Assembly (NCBI RefSeq): GCF_963921235.1
Contig: NC_086097.1
Location: forward strand, 235,292,001-235,356,000
Direction: 5' to 3'
DNA length: 64,000 nt
Source of the DNA: Mobula hypostoma
Lineage: Eukaryota
Shown here: one piece after another, positions 49,105 to 62,816 of the stretch
How the letters are laid out: every line of letters starts with the position of its first letter
Numbering within the stretch: the stretch's first letter is position 1
Notes under the pieces: model-generated
What the model saw: only the letters and a program-made list of their open reading frames with translations
Databases searched by the model: none
What the model was told of the DNA's origin: nothing
Position numbers and translations under genes: made by a program

Positions 49105-50045
49105 AAGGACGTCTGTGAGACTAAAGTGACACTTTCTGGCCTCAACACTAAGCAGTACATGTGGCGTAAATCTAATGCTGCACAGGACAGCGATCCAAAG
49201 CACACTACCAAAGCAACTATGAAGTGGCTTCAGATGAAGAAAATAAATGCCCTTGAGTGATTCAGTCAGAGTCCTGACATTAACCTCATCGAATATCTTT
49301 GGCAAGACTTCAAGATTGCTGCCCACCATCACCGCCAACTAACCAGGAATAGTTTGAGCAATTTTGCAATAAGGAATGGGAAAACCTTGCCCCATCATAG
49401 AGTGGAAAGTTAATAGAGACTTATCAAAAAAGACTACTGGCTGTGATAGCTGCAAGAGGTGGTTCAACTAAGCATTGAGCAAAGGGGGATGAATATTTTT
49501 GAACTGCTGACATTTGAGATTTTGAAATTTTAATTTTTCACACTTTACATTTTTCCTTGTTTTTTGGGTTCTATTGTGTAAAACGGAGCATGTGATTACC
49601 AAATAAAAATTCTTAGTTAAGTTGATAAAAATCCCTGGTTGTTATACTCATTTATGTGAACAATGGCTTGCGGGCTGAATCAATGTTTCTTCTAATTTGT
49701 AATGATCAGTGTGCGCGAAAAATCTTGTTCTGTGCAATTATTTGCCTAATGACAAAAACATGTGCACACTGAATAATTTCTTCAATAAAAAGAGTATAAA
49801 TAATCCAGTTCTAAAATCTGCAGACAAATCATCACAAACTCCACATTGTCAACACTATCTACATCAGAAACCGGAAAAGGAAATGTGATTGTGTATGATC
49901 GTGAAATATATTTCAGATGCGAATGAGGTAGAGGGTGATAACCTTTTGTGCACAATTTAAATTCCTTTGTGTGCTAGTAGCAAAATATGTGTGCACTTCA
50001 ACACCTTAGAGGGATCACTGGGCTGAATACTTTTTCAAGGCACTG
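49105..50045 (+). mobile_element. Degenerate Tc1 right half (transposase C-terminus + TIR), with a hAT insertion in the TIR
   Basis: WLQMKKINALE*FSQSPDINLIEYLW. Inner repeat GGGGATGAATATTTTTG and terminus GGCTGAATACTTTTTCAAGGCACTG. Confidence 0.75.
49681..50020. mobile_element. hAT-type non-autonomous element (340 bp), 8-bp TSD GGCTGAAT
   Basis: TSD at 49673-80 and 50021-28. Imperfect TIRs CAATGTTTCTTCTAA / TTAGAGGGATCACTG. Confidence 0.85.
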
Positions 50046-50426
50046 TGTCTCATTTGACACTTGGAGCATTGTGTGCATTTCTGGTCATTTACCTACAGTA
50101 AAGATATCAATAAGTTTGAATGAGTACAGAGAAAATTTACAAGGATGTTGCTGGGACGTGAGGACCTGAGTTTTAGGGAAAGGTTGAATAGATTAGGACT
50201 TTATTCTGTGAAGCACAGGAGAATGAAGGGTGATTTGATAGAAGTATACAAAATTATGAAGGACATAGATAGGGTAAATGTTCTTTGATCCTTCTTAAAA
50301 ATCATCGATATTGATTAATAAATGATGGACCAGAGCACTAAACTGTGCAGTCCTCACCTGTCATTGCCACAAACAAAAATATACCCACTTTTTTCAGTCA
50401 AATGAGTAATCCATCCCAGCATATTA

Positions 50427-50710
50427 GGGTGCCATGGTAGTGTAGTGGTTAGTGCAATGCTATCACAGCTCAGGGCATTGGAGTTTGGAGTTCACTGCTG
50501 GCATCTTCCGGCAGGAATGTACATCCTTCGCATGTGTGTGTGGGTTTCCTTCAGTAGCTCCAGTTTCATCCCGTAATCCAACGTCATACCAGTTAGTAGG
50601 TTAATTGGTCTTTGTAGATTGTCTCGTGATGAGGTTACGGTTAAATTGATGGGTGACATGGCTTATAAGGCTGGATGGGCCTGTTCAGCACTGTATCTCT
50701 AAAAAATAAA
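50427..50710 (+). mobile_element. tRNA-derived V-SINE (HE1-like)
   Basis: A-box TAGTGTAGTGG, decayed B-box, V-domain and CTGTATCTCTAAAAAATAAA end. Homologous to 25635-25925. Confidence 0.75.
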
Positions 50711-50839
50711 TATTATCTTCCAAAATATTTGTTTAATAATATCTTGTTCTCCACTTTATTGAAGGCTTTATGAAAATCCACATAAACCAAAGAAGCTGCT
50801 TTGCCCTTCTTTATTTGGTTCATTATAACCTAAAATAAC

Positions 50840-51085
50840 CAGTGACCCATGTTCAATTCCACCGCTGTCTGTCAGGAGTTTGTACATTCTCCCTGTAACT
50901 GTGCAGGTTTCCTCCACGTACTCTGGTCTCCTCTCATATTCCGAAGAGGTAGGGATTAGAAGGTTAATTGGTTAATGGGATTAGGGATTAGTAGGTTAAT
51001 AGGTTATGGGTGTAATTGGGGAGCGTGGGCTCGTTGGGCTAGAATGATCCCACTACTGTGCTGTATCTCTAAACAAAATAAATGA
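50840..51085 (+). mobile_element. V-SINE, 5'-truncated
   Basis: GTTCAATTCC B-box, GGAGTTTGTACATTCTCCCTGT V-domain and CTGTATCTCTAAACAAAATAAA end. Confidence 0.7.
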
Positions 51086-51753
51086 AACAAAATAAACTTT
51101 AGAATGATTTCCTTTTCATAGCTCCATGTTGACTCTTCCCAATACTATTATTATTTTCTAAGTACTTTGTTACCACTTGCCCAGTTGCACAGTAATTATT
51201 CACGGGCACTAGCCTCCCTATCATTGAGAACATCTCAAGAGACAGTAGCTCAAGAAGGCTGTGCCCATCAATAAGGACCCTCAACATTTTGGACTTCTGG
51301 TAAGAAGGTGGCACGTTCGAATGCAGCGGACTCTCAGAGTGACCAAAGGTGCATTTTTTTTTTTAAAATATGTTTTTTTATGATCATAAGACTATGCTTG
51401 ACTCCATGGACAAAGGGTCCAGCAGGCCTAAAACATCAGTAGTCCATTTGTTTCAGGTGACTTATCTACCTTCAGCCATTTCAGCTTCCCAAAGCACCTT
51501 CCTCTCATTAGTAATAGTTAGTTTTCCCTTCTTATTTAATTTAATTCTCCTTTTGATATATACTTACTATTGTAATTTATAGTTTTTACTGTTATAGATT
51601 GCAATATGTTGCTGCCACAAAACAACAAATTTCACGACATATGACAATGATATTAAACCTGATTCTGATTTGTCAGTGAAGACCGATGCAATATACTTAT
51701 TCACTTTGTCTGCCATTTCCTAGCCTGAATTATGACTTCTCAAGCATTGTTTT

Positions 51754-54700
51754 AGACCATAAAACCATAAGACATAGGAGCAGAATTAGGCCATCTGGCC
51801 CATCAAGTCTGCAACGCCATTCAATCATGGCTGATCCTTTTTTTTAATCTCCTCCTCAACCCAAGTTCCCAGACTTCTCCCCATAACTTTTGATGCCCTG
51901 TCCAATCAAGAACCTATCAATCTCTGCCTTAAATACACTCAACGACCTGGCCTCCCCAGCTGCATGTGGCAACAAATTCCGCAAATTCACCACCCTTTGG
52001 CTAAAGAAATGTCTCTGCATCTCTGTTTTGAAAGCGTGCACCTCTATCCTGAGGCTGTGCCCTCTTGTCCTAAATTCTCCCACCAAGGGAAACATCTTTT
52101 CTACATCTACTCTGTCTTCTCCTTTCAACATTCGAAAGGTTTCAATGAGATCTCCCCTCATCCTTCTGGACTAGTCAGCGAGTACAGACCCAGAACCATC
52201 AAACGTTCCTCATATGATAACCCTTTCATTCCTCAAATCATCTTGTGAACCTCCTCCAGACCCTCTTCAATGTCAGCACATCGTTTCTAAGATGAAGGAC
52301 CGAAAGCTACTCACAATACTCAAGGTGAGGCCACAGCAGTGCCTTATAAAGCCTCAGCATCACATCCTTGCTCTTGTATTCTGGACCTCGTGAAATGAAT
52401 GCTAACATGGTATTTGCCTTCCTCACTGCCAACTGAACCTGCAAGTTCACCTTCAGGGTGTTCTGCATCTCAGATTCCTGGATTTTCTCCCCGTTTAGAG
52501 AATAGTCCGTACATTTATTTCTACCACCAAAGTGCATGACCATTCACTTTCTAACATTGTATTTCTTTTGCAATTTTCTTGCCCATTCTCCTAATCTATC
52601 TTATTCCTTCTACATCCTACCTGTTTTATCAACACTACCTGCCTCTCCACCAATCTTTGTATCATCTGCAAATTTGGTAACAAAGCTATCTATTCCATCA
52701 TCTAAATCATTTATATACAGCATAAAAAGAAGTGGTCCCAAAACCAACCCCTGGGGAACACCACAAGTCATTGGTAGCAAACCAGAAAAGGATCCTTTTA
52801 TTCCCAATCAGCCAATGCTCTAACCATGTTAGTAACTTTTCTGTAATACCATAGGCTCTTAAGTTGGTAAACAGCCTCGTCTGTGGCACCTTGTCAAAGG
52901 CTTTCTAAAAATCCAAATATACAACATCCACTACATCCTTATCTATCCTACTTGTAATCTCCTCAAAGAATTCAAACAGGTTTGTCAGACAGGACTTTCC
53001 CTGAAGAAAACCATTGTAACTTTCTACTATATTGTCCTGTGTCACCAAGTACTACATCACCTCATCCTTAACAGTTGACTCTAACATCTTCCCAGCTATT
53101 AAGGTCGGACTAGCTGGTCTATAATTTCCTTTCTGCTGCCTTCCTCCTTTCTTAAAGAGTGGAGTAACTTTTGCAATTATTTAGTCATCTGGCACCACGC
53201 CAGCGTCCAATGATTTTTGAAAGATCATTTCTAATGCCACCACAATCTCTAACGCTACCTCTTTCAGAACCCTAGGCTGAAGTTCATCTGGTCCAGGTGA
53301 CTTATGTATCTTTCGGTCTTTCAGGTTTTTGAGCACCGTCTCTCTTGTAACAGTAACTGCATCCACTCTCTTCCTTTATGCACTATAACATCAGGCATAC
53401 TGCTAATGTCTTCCACAGTGAAGACTGACACAAAATACTCATTTAGTTCATCAACCATCACCTTGACCCCTGTTATTATTTCTCCTGCCTCATTTTCTAG
53501 CAGTTCTATATCCACTCTCATTTCTCTTTTATTTTTAACATACTTGAAAAAACATTTACTATCCACTTTGATATTATTTGCTAGCTTGCTTTCATATTTC
53601 ATCCTTTCCCTTCTAATGATTTTTTTAGTTGTTTTCTGTATGTTTTTAAAAACTTCCCAATCTATCTTCCCACTAATTTTGCTTTGTTGTACACCCTTTC
53701 TTTTGCTTTTACAATAGCTTTGACTTCCCTGGTCAACCATGGTTGTATTATTTTACAATTTGAGCATTTCTTCATTTTTGGAATACTCATGTCCTGCACC
53801 CTCCAAATTTTTCCCAGAAACACACCAGCAGTGGATGCTGCTCTGCTGATATCCCTGCCAGCAGTTCCTTCCAATTTACTTTGGCCAACACGTCTCTCAT
53901 GCCACAGTAATTTCCCTTACTCTACTGAAATTACTGCTACATCAGACTTTATCTTCTCCCTATCATATTTCGAGTTGAACACAATCATATTATGATCACT
54001 GGTTCCTAAGAGTTCTTTTACCTTAAGCTCCCTAATCACCTCCGGTTCATTACATAATACCCAATCCAGTATAGCTGATCCCCTAGTAGGGTCAATGACA
54101 ATCTGCTCTAAAAAAAAAACATCTCTCTGGCATTCAACAAACTCACTCTCTTCAGATCCATTACCAACCTAGTTTTCTCAATCGACCTGCATGTTAAAAT
54201 CTCCCATGACTTCCGTAACATTGCCCTTTTGACTCACATTTTGCAGTTCCTGTTGTAACCTGTGGTCCACCTCCCAGCCACTGTTGGGAGGCCTGTATAT
54301 GACTGCCATCAACGTCCTTTTACTCTTGCAGTTTCTCAATGCAACCAACAAGGATTCAACATCTTCCATCCTATGTCACATCTTTCTACTGATTTGATGC
54401 CATTCTTTACCAGCAGAGCCATGCCACCACCTCTGCCTACCTTCCTATCCCTCCAATATAATGTGTAAATTTGGATATTCAGCTCCCAACTACAACCATC
54501 CTTCAGGCACGATTCAGTGATGGCCACAACATCATACCTAGCAATCTGTATTATTCCAGCAAGATCATCCACCTTATTTCTTATACTACGTGCATTTAGA
54601 TACAACACCTTGAGTACCGTATTTGTTTTCCTTTCTGATACTGCATCCCTAATGATTTGATACTCAGCCTGCTGGCCGCAACTGATTCCCATCACCTGCC

Positions 54701-55990
54701 TGCCCTTCCTGACAGTCTGACTGCATGCTATCTTTACTTTTTTACCATCCGTCCATTCCTGAGTCCCTTCACTCCAGTTCCCATCCCCTTGCCAAATTAG
54801 TTTAAACCCTTACTAACTGCACTAACAAACCTGCCCACGAGAATATTGGTCCCCCTCTGGTTCAGGTGCAACCCGTCACTTTTGAACAGGTCATAATTCC
54901 CCCAGAAGAGATCCCAGTGATCTAGGAACCTGAAGACCTGCCCCCCGCACCAGCTTCTCAGTCACGTATTTATCTGCCAAATCATCCTGTTTCTACCATC
55001 ATGGGTGCATGGCACAGGTAGCAATCCAGAAATCACTACCTGGGAGGTACTGCTTCTCAGCTTTCTGCTTAGCTCTGTAAATTCTCTTTTCAGGATCTCA
55101 TTGCTTTTCCTTCCTATATCATTGGTACCAATATGTACCAAGACATCTGGCTGCTCTCCCTCCCTCTCCAAGATATTGGCACTTGGAAGGCAACATACCA
55201 TCCGCGTGTCCCATTTCCGTCCACAGAATCTCCTATCTGTTCCCCTCACTACTGAATCCCTTATCATTACTGCTCCCTTCTTCTCTCTCTTTCCCATCTG
55301 CACCACGGACCCATGCTCAGTGCCTGTAACCCAGTTGCCGTGGCATTCTCCTGGGAGGTCATCTCCACGAAAGTATCCAAAGGCCTATACTTGTTATAGA
55401 GCCACAGGGGTGCTCTGTTCTAACTGCCTATTTCCGTTTCTCCTGAAAGTCAGCTAGCTACTCGCTTCCTGCAACTTCAGGGTGACTACTTCCCTGTAAC
55501 TTTGATCAATTATATCCCCGCTCTCCTGTACAAGCTGAAGGTCATCCAGCTGCTGCTCCAGATCCCTAACACGGTCCTCAAGGAGCTGCAGCCAGAAGGA
55601 CTTCACGCAGATGTAGTTCCTTGGGAGACTGTGTCTCCCAGTTCTCCAACGTCCAGCACAAAGTGCACACCACAGCCATTTAAATCGTACAGTAAGCGAG
55701 GGAAAAAAAAACAAAAGGGAAACCTTAACAGACGCTTTACACAGAGCCGACATTGCTTCCTATCTGAAGCCTTTGAGCCACAGCCTATCGCTTCTACTCC
55801 CGATACTGGCCTAATCCCGACAATGGCTGCTCCGCTTATCCCTTCTGTACTTTTATTTAGTTTGTAGAGCTCTGTTGATGCTGCTGATAGGCCACGTACA
55901 ATGGACAAACACCCTTGAAGCTCCCTTTTTAAATAACTCCTGCCAACTTACAAGAAATCCCTCTTGGGAGAACTCTGGTGACGTCGCTTA
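51754..55990 (-). mobile_element. Near full-length degenerate CR1 (5' UTR, ORF1, ORF2, 3' tail)
   Basis: ORF1 zinc-finger/leucine-zipper and esterase remnants, ORF2 APE LKVLYLNARSIRNKVDDL, RT GVPQGLVLGP/KFADD, tail at ~51754. Same family as 1-4064. The 5' boundary is approximate. Confidence 0.88.
54790..55700 (-). pseudogene. CR1 ORF1 (zf/leucine zipper + SGNH esterase-like), disrupted
   Basis: YICVKSFWLQLLEDRVRDLEQQLDDL, AVMIRDSVVRGTDRRFC (GDS block, mutated), VLVHIGTNDIG, VVISGLLPVP. Confidence 0.8.
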
Positions 55991-57217
55991 TAGGCCATGG
56001 GATTCCAGTGATCTGATATTCCCTCTCATCTCTTAATATTAATGTCTACGCTTTGTACTAAACAAAGATCTTCTTCCAGGCCAAAAAGTTTTAACCATAC
56101 TTTTTGGGCTATAAACTACAGCTAATGAGAAACCCTGCTGCTACACTGATTCCTTGCAGGAAGATCCCTACTGCTCACCTTGATTGAAGTCAGTGCTGGG
56201 AGATGATGATCATCCTGATATCTCCTTTACTTTATGGCTTTATCTAAATAAAAATCTTTGTGACTTTTCTAAATAAAAGTCCTAAATTGTTCTCCAATTA
56301 TGAGACCATAAGGCAGAGTAGTAGAACTAGGCAATTCAGCCTACCGATTCCGCTCTGCACGGTTTTCTTATTTTTGCTCTCAACTCCATTTTCAACCCCA
56401 CTATTTTCGACTTCTGCCATGAATATCTGACAACCTTACTAACCAAGATCCTATCAACCTCTGCTTTAAATGTACCCAATGATATGGTCTCCTCAGCTGT
56501 CTGTGGCAAAAAAATTCCACCGATTCTCCACCTTCTAGCTCAAGAAATTCCCTCTCATTTCTGCTCTAAAGGGATGTCCTTCTTTACTGATGCTGTGCAC
56601 TCTGGTCCTAGATTCCTCTACCATTGGAAACATCCTCTCTGTGCTCACTCCATCTAGGTCTTTCAATATTTGGTAAATTTCAATGAGATCCACTCTCATT
56701 CTTCCAAACTCCAGGTGAGTACAGACCCAGAGTCATTGAAAGTTCCTCGTACATTAACCCTTTCATTCCTGGGATAATTCTCATAAACCCCATCTGGACC
56801 CTTTCCAATGCCAGGTCACCTTTCTTAAGTATAGGGTCTAAAACTGTCTCAATATACTAAGTGCAGTCTGACCAATGCTTTGTAAAGCATCAGCATTATA
56901 CTCTTGCTCTCATATTCTAGTCCTCTGGAAAAGAATGCTAACATTACATTTGCCTTCCTTACTACTGATTCAACCTGCAATTTAACCTTCAGGGAATCTT
57001 ACACTAGATCTCCTAAGTCCCTTTACATCTCTGATTTCTGAGTTTGCACCCCATGTAGAAAATAGTCTGGACTTCTGGTTGGCAGCCACATGGCGTAGTC
57101 GCAGAGAATGGGCGCTCCGTCCTACTTTTTATTTCCACACTCCTCTTCCCTCTTTTCTCATTCCAAACTGTTGAACTTCTTGCTCTTCTCCCTGCCTGCC
57201 ACTACGCTTGCTTCACA

Positions 57218-58021
57218 ATGACCTCAAGGAGTATTATATCTGGGAAAATGGATGATTCGGCGGCTGGCTTGACAGTTGAGGCTATCTCCACACTACTACA
57301 CCAACACCGTGAGGTGTTAGCGGCCGAATTTAAATCTTTTTTCGGTCTGCTGGAAACGAAACTCGACCAAATCCAATGCAAAGTGGACCATGGTCATCGC
57401 CTACCCTCTCTCGACCTCACTATGGATGACCTGAGCCAGCGCGTCATTGAGCTGGAAAACATCTGCTCCAGCTTACGTGAAAACAATATCAAGTTAATGG
57501 CTAAAGTCACTGACCTGGAGGGCCGGACCAGACGGCAGAACCTACGCATCCTGGGCCTGCTGAAATCTATTGAAGGCGGGCGTCCTATTGAATTTTTTTC
57601 CAGTCTGCTTTATGAGATCTTCGGGAAGGAGACACTCCCATCCCCGCCGGAGATTGATAGAGCCCACCGTTCACTAGCAGCTAAACCAGCCCCAGGATAG
57701 AGACCGCACCGGGTCATTCTTCGCCTGCACCGCTACCAGATTAAAGACCTCCTGGTTAGAGAGGCCCGGCGGAGAGGGAAGCTAGAATACCGTGGCCAGC
57801 AGATTCGGATTGTGGAGGATTACTCTCCTGAAGTTTTGAGCCTGCGAGCTGAGTACAGAGAAGTAATGATGGAGCTATACAACCGATGATTCAGGCCTTC
57901 CCTAGTATACCCTGCACGGCTCCATGTCACACTTCCCAGCGGTGACAAGAAGTGGCTACGCTCGGTAGATGAAGCACGGAAATGCATCGACAGCCTCCCC
58001 ACTACTCCGATTTCTTCATAA
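57218..58021 (+). pseudogene. L1 ORF1p (coiled coil-RRM-CTD), two in-frame stops
   Basis: VTDLEGRTRRQNLRILGL and EIDRAHRS. The same frame continues after TAG 57698 as RPHRVILRLHRYQ...IRIVEDYSPE...YPARL. Confidence 0.88.
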
Positions 58022-58669
58022 AATACTTTTCTCCCATACGCTCTGCCAGGAAATGTTAGCAGTGCTTGGATAGCGAGGTCTAGTCTGGCTTGACCAGGTT
58101 AGGTACTGACTACCACGATAGGTGGAATAGTATTCACTCAGACTGCTCTCTTGAGAGAGTATTTCCTTTCACCTTCAATTTAGTGAACTCTGCACCCTTT
58201 TGTGGGAAGAGCATTGGGTAAAGTCTGTTTATTTTTTTCTTCAAATATCAGTATATATTTCTGTTTTATGGTTCATTTTTCAGAGCCATGTTTAATAAAC
58301 TTTGGGGGAATTGTTTTGTCTCTCACTAAGCACAAGGTCAGTTTAGGAGTGTGGAATGCTTACTGTTTCCATTAAATATCAATAATGGAGTTGAAGATGA
58401 GGCTACGAGTGACAGGAAGTTGTACAGTTGGGTGATTACTGTTCTTAAGAGCTTGCTGCTATGCTCTCTGGCCGCGGTCTTGTTGTGGGTTGGGGGGGTG
58501 GGGGGAGGGTACTCCAATGCTGGTACTGTTTTAAGAACCCTTAGAAGTCCTTGTTATACAGGATTTATTTCTGCCCTGTTTCTCTTCGTTTTACATTTTT
58601 GCCTCAGAGCTGATACCTGAAATCTTGACACCGCTTATGCCTATCAACCTGTATCTCTTTTAAAGGAGA

Positions 58670-61600
58670 ATGGTTAATCCGTTAAATTTTGTAAGCTGGA
58701 ATGTCAAGGGGATGAATCACCCTGTTAAAAGAAAGACGGTGTTCTCACATCTCAAACAGTTTAATACAGCAATTACATTTCTACCAGAAACACACATTCG
58801 CAGTTCTGACAACTCCCATCTTATTTCACCATGGGCAAGGCAGCACTTCCACTCCACTTTTCAGGATAAAGCCAGGGGAGTCTCAATTCTCATAAATCAA
58901 AACGTTTCCTTTGAGCTCCACAAAACATTTCAGATACTAACGGCCGTTTTGTCATTGTCTCGGGGAAATTATATAATACATTGGTAGTGTTGGCTAACAT
59001 ATATGCTCCTAACTTGGACGATGTGGACTTCTTTGAACATTTTCTTTTCTGCGCTGCCTGATCTGAGTTCATACTCTCTCATACTAGGTGGAGACTTCAA
59101 CTGTTCGTTAGATCGAATGCTGGATCGATCGTCTCCTATTCCCAAAGTACTAAGCAAATCTGCGTCATTAGTTCAGTCCTTCCTCTCCAACTATGGCATC
59201 TCTGATGTATGGTGCTTTCTCCACCCAAATAAGAAAGAATATTCTTTCTTCTCACACATCCATCACACCTTTTCTAGAATTGACTACTTTCTAATTGATA
59301 ACCAGCTGATTTCATCGGTCTGTTCCTGTGTTTATCAGAGTATAGTGATATCAGACCACGCTCCAGTTGCCCTGTCTATAATTCTTCCTAGCCTTCCTCA
59401 AATAAATAAGCATTGACGTTTTAATTCAACCTTACTGTCAGATAATTACTTTTTAAAATTTATGGAGGACCAGGTAAACTTTTTCCTTAATACCAATACG
59501 TCACCTGTAACCTCAAGCCTGGTTATTTGGGATGCTTTGAAAGCATACCTCAGGGTCAAATAATTTCCTACACTGCGAACATGAAAAAAAAATAAAGAAT
59601 GACTAGATCTGGCCAATCAAATTAAAGAAATAGACCAACAATATGCTCAAATTTAAAATCCAGAGCTGTATAAAAAATGAGTGGAACTTCAAACTACGTT
59701 TGATCTTATTTCCACTCACCCAATTGAACGCCTACTTTTGAAGAGCAAAGAGCCGGTTCTATATCCATGGTGACAAATCTGGTAAATTTTTAGCTGACCA
59801 TTTAAGGGGCCTCAAAGCCAAACGACACATTACAAAAATTTGAATGGAAAATGGAAGCATCACCTGGAATCATTCTGAAATTATCGACACGTTCAGGAAT
59901 TTTTACTCCCGACTTTACGCTTCTGAATCCCCAAATGATAACGTTTCGGTCGAGAATTTTTTAAACGGCTTATATATCCCCACACTTTCTCCTGATCTCA
60001 AAATGAGACTGAATGAGTCAATATCATTGGAGGAAATATCCTCAGCCATCTCGTTACAGCAGACTGGTAAATCTCCAGGACCCGACGAGTTCCCTGTAGA
60101 ATTCTTTAAATTATTTTCATCACTGCTCTTACCTCAACTAACCTTGGTTCTATCTGAATCATTTAAACAAGGTAAACTGCCAGCATCATTTAATGAGGCA
60201 TGCATCATTCTTCTAGCGAAGAGAGGCAAAGATCCAACAGAGTGCACCTCATACAGGCCAATCTCTCTGATAAATGTCGATGTCAAAATCTCAGCTAAAG
60301 TTTTGGCCCATAGACTGGAGAACATCCTACCCTCAATTATTTCTGTAGACCAAATTGGTTTTGTCAAAAACTACCTCCCCTTTTTTAACATACGCCATTT
60401 ATTAAATATTTCATATTTACCTTCAGTTGTGACCCCTGAATGTGTCACCTCCTTAGATGCAGAGAAAGCATTCAACTGTGTGGAATGGAATTACCTCTTT
60501 GGTGTTTTAGAGAAATTTGATTTTGGACCAAGTTTTGTCACGTGGATTAAACTGTTACATCTGCGTCCTACTGCCTCTGTTTTGACCAATTCTCAGCAAT
60601 CCCAACCTTTCAACCTCAAACGTGGAACCTGCCAAGGTTGCCCTTTAAGCCCTTTACTTTTCAATCTGGCCATAGAGCCACTGGCGACTGCGTTCCGCAG
60701 CTGTGCGGATCTGACGGGGATTTGGAGGGAGGGAGTTGAGCACAAAGTCTTCCTTTATGCTGATGATCTTTTACTTTTTATATCAAACCCCATCACCTCC
60801 TTACCTCCCATGTTCTCACTCCTTAACAAATTTAGCCTGTTTTCAGGATACAAACCTAATTTACACAAGAGCGAACTTTTTCCAATAAATGGAGAAGCAC
60901 AGGCGTCAGAGTTCCATAACCTCCCTTTTAAGGTAGTGAATAACCACTTTACTTACCTTGGTGTCACAGTAACAAGGAAACATAAGTGACTTTTTGGAGA
61001 AAATTTCATTAATTTGTTAAATCATACAAAACAGAGCCTAGCACAGTGATCACCCCTGTCCATGTCCCTGATGGACCGAATTAATGTTGTCAAAATGAAC
61101 ATCCTTCCTAAATTCTTATACCTTTTTCGATCCATACCAACTTTCATTCCTAAAGCCTATGCATGATTCAACATTTCAAGACTGGTATAGGAAGGGCATC
61201 AGGCTCTTTAAAGATCTTTTTACAGACAACTGCTTTGCATCATTTGAACATCTGTCGGCAAAATTAAACTGACCCAACACTCATTTCTTCAGATATTTGC
61301 AAATTAGATATTCTATCAGCCCTTTAATATCAAATTTCCCTGAGGCAACTGACACAAACGTTGTTGATATGTTTCTCTGCATGAATCCATTGCGCAAAGG
61401 TCTAATATCTACTATTTGCAACAAACTAATGGTCCTGAGGCAAGCTCGCCTTGACAAAATTAAAACTGCCTGGGAGCAGGATTTAAATCTCTCACTGTCA
61501 GACGATGTATGGGATTTAGTTCTTAAGTTAGTGAACTCAACCTCTTTATGTGCCCGCCACTGCTTGTTACAGTTCAAGGTCGTAAACAGGGCCCATATGT

Positions 61601-62030
61601 CTAAAACTAGATTATCTCACGTTTACCCAGCTGTTAATCCCTGCTGCGACAAATGCAAAAGGGGGGAGGCTTCCCTTATTCACATGTATTGGACATGCCC
61701 TAGCTTGGAAAAATACTGGAAAGATGTTTTCCAAACTCTATCCCAAATACTTTATTATAATTTGGAACCTAACCCTTTGATAGCTCTTTTCGGCACCTCC
61801 GGAGAGGGAGACACGCACCTAAGTCTGACGAAACGTCGCACACTGTCTTTTGGCCAGGCGCGCAGTCTTGCTCAGGTGGAGGGATGCTGCCCCACCCACC
61901 CACGCTCAGTGGCTCAGGGACATCATGTCCAGTCTATACTTTGAGGAGATCCATTATTCAATTCTCAACTTGGACATAAAGTTCCAAAAGGTGTGGGGAC
62001 CCTTTCTTGAATATCTTCAGAATTCCTAGC
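58670..62030 (+). pseudogene. L1 ORF2p (APE, RT, Cys-rich C-terminus), frameshifted, with an internal deletion
   Basis: SWNVKGMN, LGGDFN, ISDHAP, KSPGPD, YRPISL, SLDAEKAF, RGTCQGCPLSPLLF, LYADD, CDKC...HMYWTC. Confidence 0.92.
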
Positions 62031-62736
62031 CAAGCTAAAGGTCCATCCTTTCTTCCTTTCCTCTGCACATAAATCCCTGACTTAAAGCATTTTCCGGTAA
62101 AATTCTACGGACCCAGACTCGTAAACATACAACAGTTTATGTATTAGGAAAATACACCTTCTCTAAACCAATGCAGCTCTGTGGGGACAAAGGTTCTGTT
62201 TAACCCATTTTGCTAATGCAATGCTGGCTTGGAGATGGGGATTGAGAAGAGTGGGCTGGGGCAGGGAGACAACTAAAGCATGACTGTACTATGGGTGCAT
62301 CTCTTTCATAGATGTGAATTGTACATTTGATACATTTGTTATGAACTGTACAAACCTTCTTTATACTATGCTCTCTTTATTCAAAAAAACAATCAAAATA
62401 TTTGAAAAAAAGAAAAAGAAAATAGTCTACACCTTTATTTCTTCCACCAAAGTGCACGACCATATACTTCCCTGCACAGTATTCCATCTGCACTTCTTTG
62501 GCTATTCTGCAAATCTGTCCAAGTCCTTCTGCAGACTCCCTGCTTCTTCAACACTACCTGCTTCTCCACCAACCTTTGTATCATCTACAAACATGGCCAC
62601 AAAGACATCAATTTTCTCATCCAGATCACCAATATGTTACATAAAAAATAGTGGGCTCACAATGACGCCTGCAGACTGGAAAAGCGGGGTTATAATCTCA
62701 CTACAAAGAAGGAGGCTGATGACTTACCTTGGAGAG

Positions 62737-62816
62737 CAAAGGCTCCCAACCTTTTTTATGCCATGGACCAATACCATTAAGCAAGATTTCCGTGAACCCC
62801 AGGTTGGGAACCCCTG
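62737..62816. mobile_element. Tiny hAT-Charlie-like MITE (~80 bp)
   Basis: Imperfect TIRs CAAAGGCTCCCAACC / GGTTGGGAACCCCTG. No clean TSD. Confidence 0.5.

Larger units (their letters stand above)
57069..62416 (+). mobile_element. L1-clade LINE with both termini (~5.35 kb), 12-bp TSD, inactivated
   Basis: TSD AGAAAATAGTCT at 57057-68 and 62417-28. GC-rich 5' UTR starting GGACTTCTGG, then ORF1, spacer, ORF2 and an A-rich tail. Confidence 0.93.
56300..62680 (-). mobile_element. Old CR1 fragment (56300-57068, 62417-62680) split by the L1
   Basis: Minus-strand CR1 sequence is continuous across the TSD (AGAAAATAGTCT|ACACCTTTATTTC), compare 52497-52520. Confidence 0.8.

Noticed and set aside
50427..50500. 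tRNA gene
   Set aside because: The A/B-box head is followed by a V-domain and a LINE-like tail, and no cloverleaf is evident. It is a SINE.
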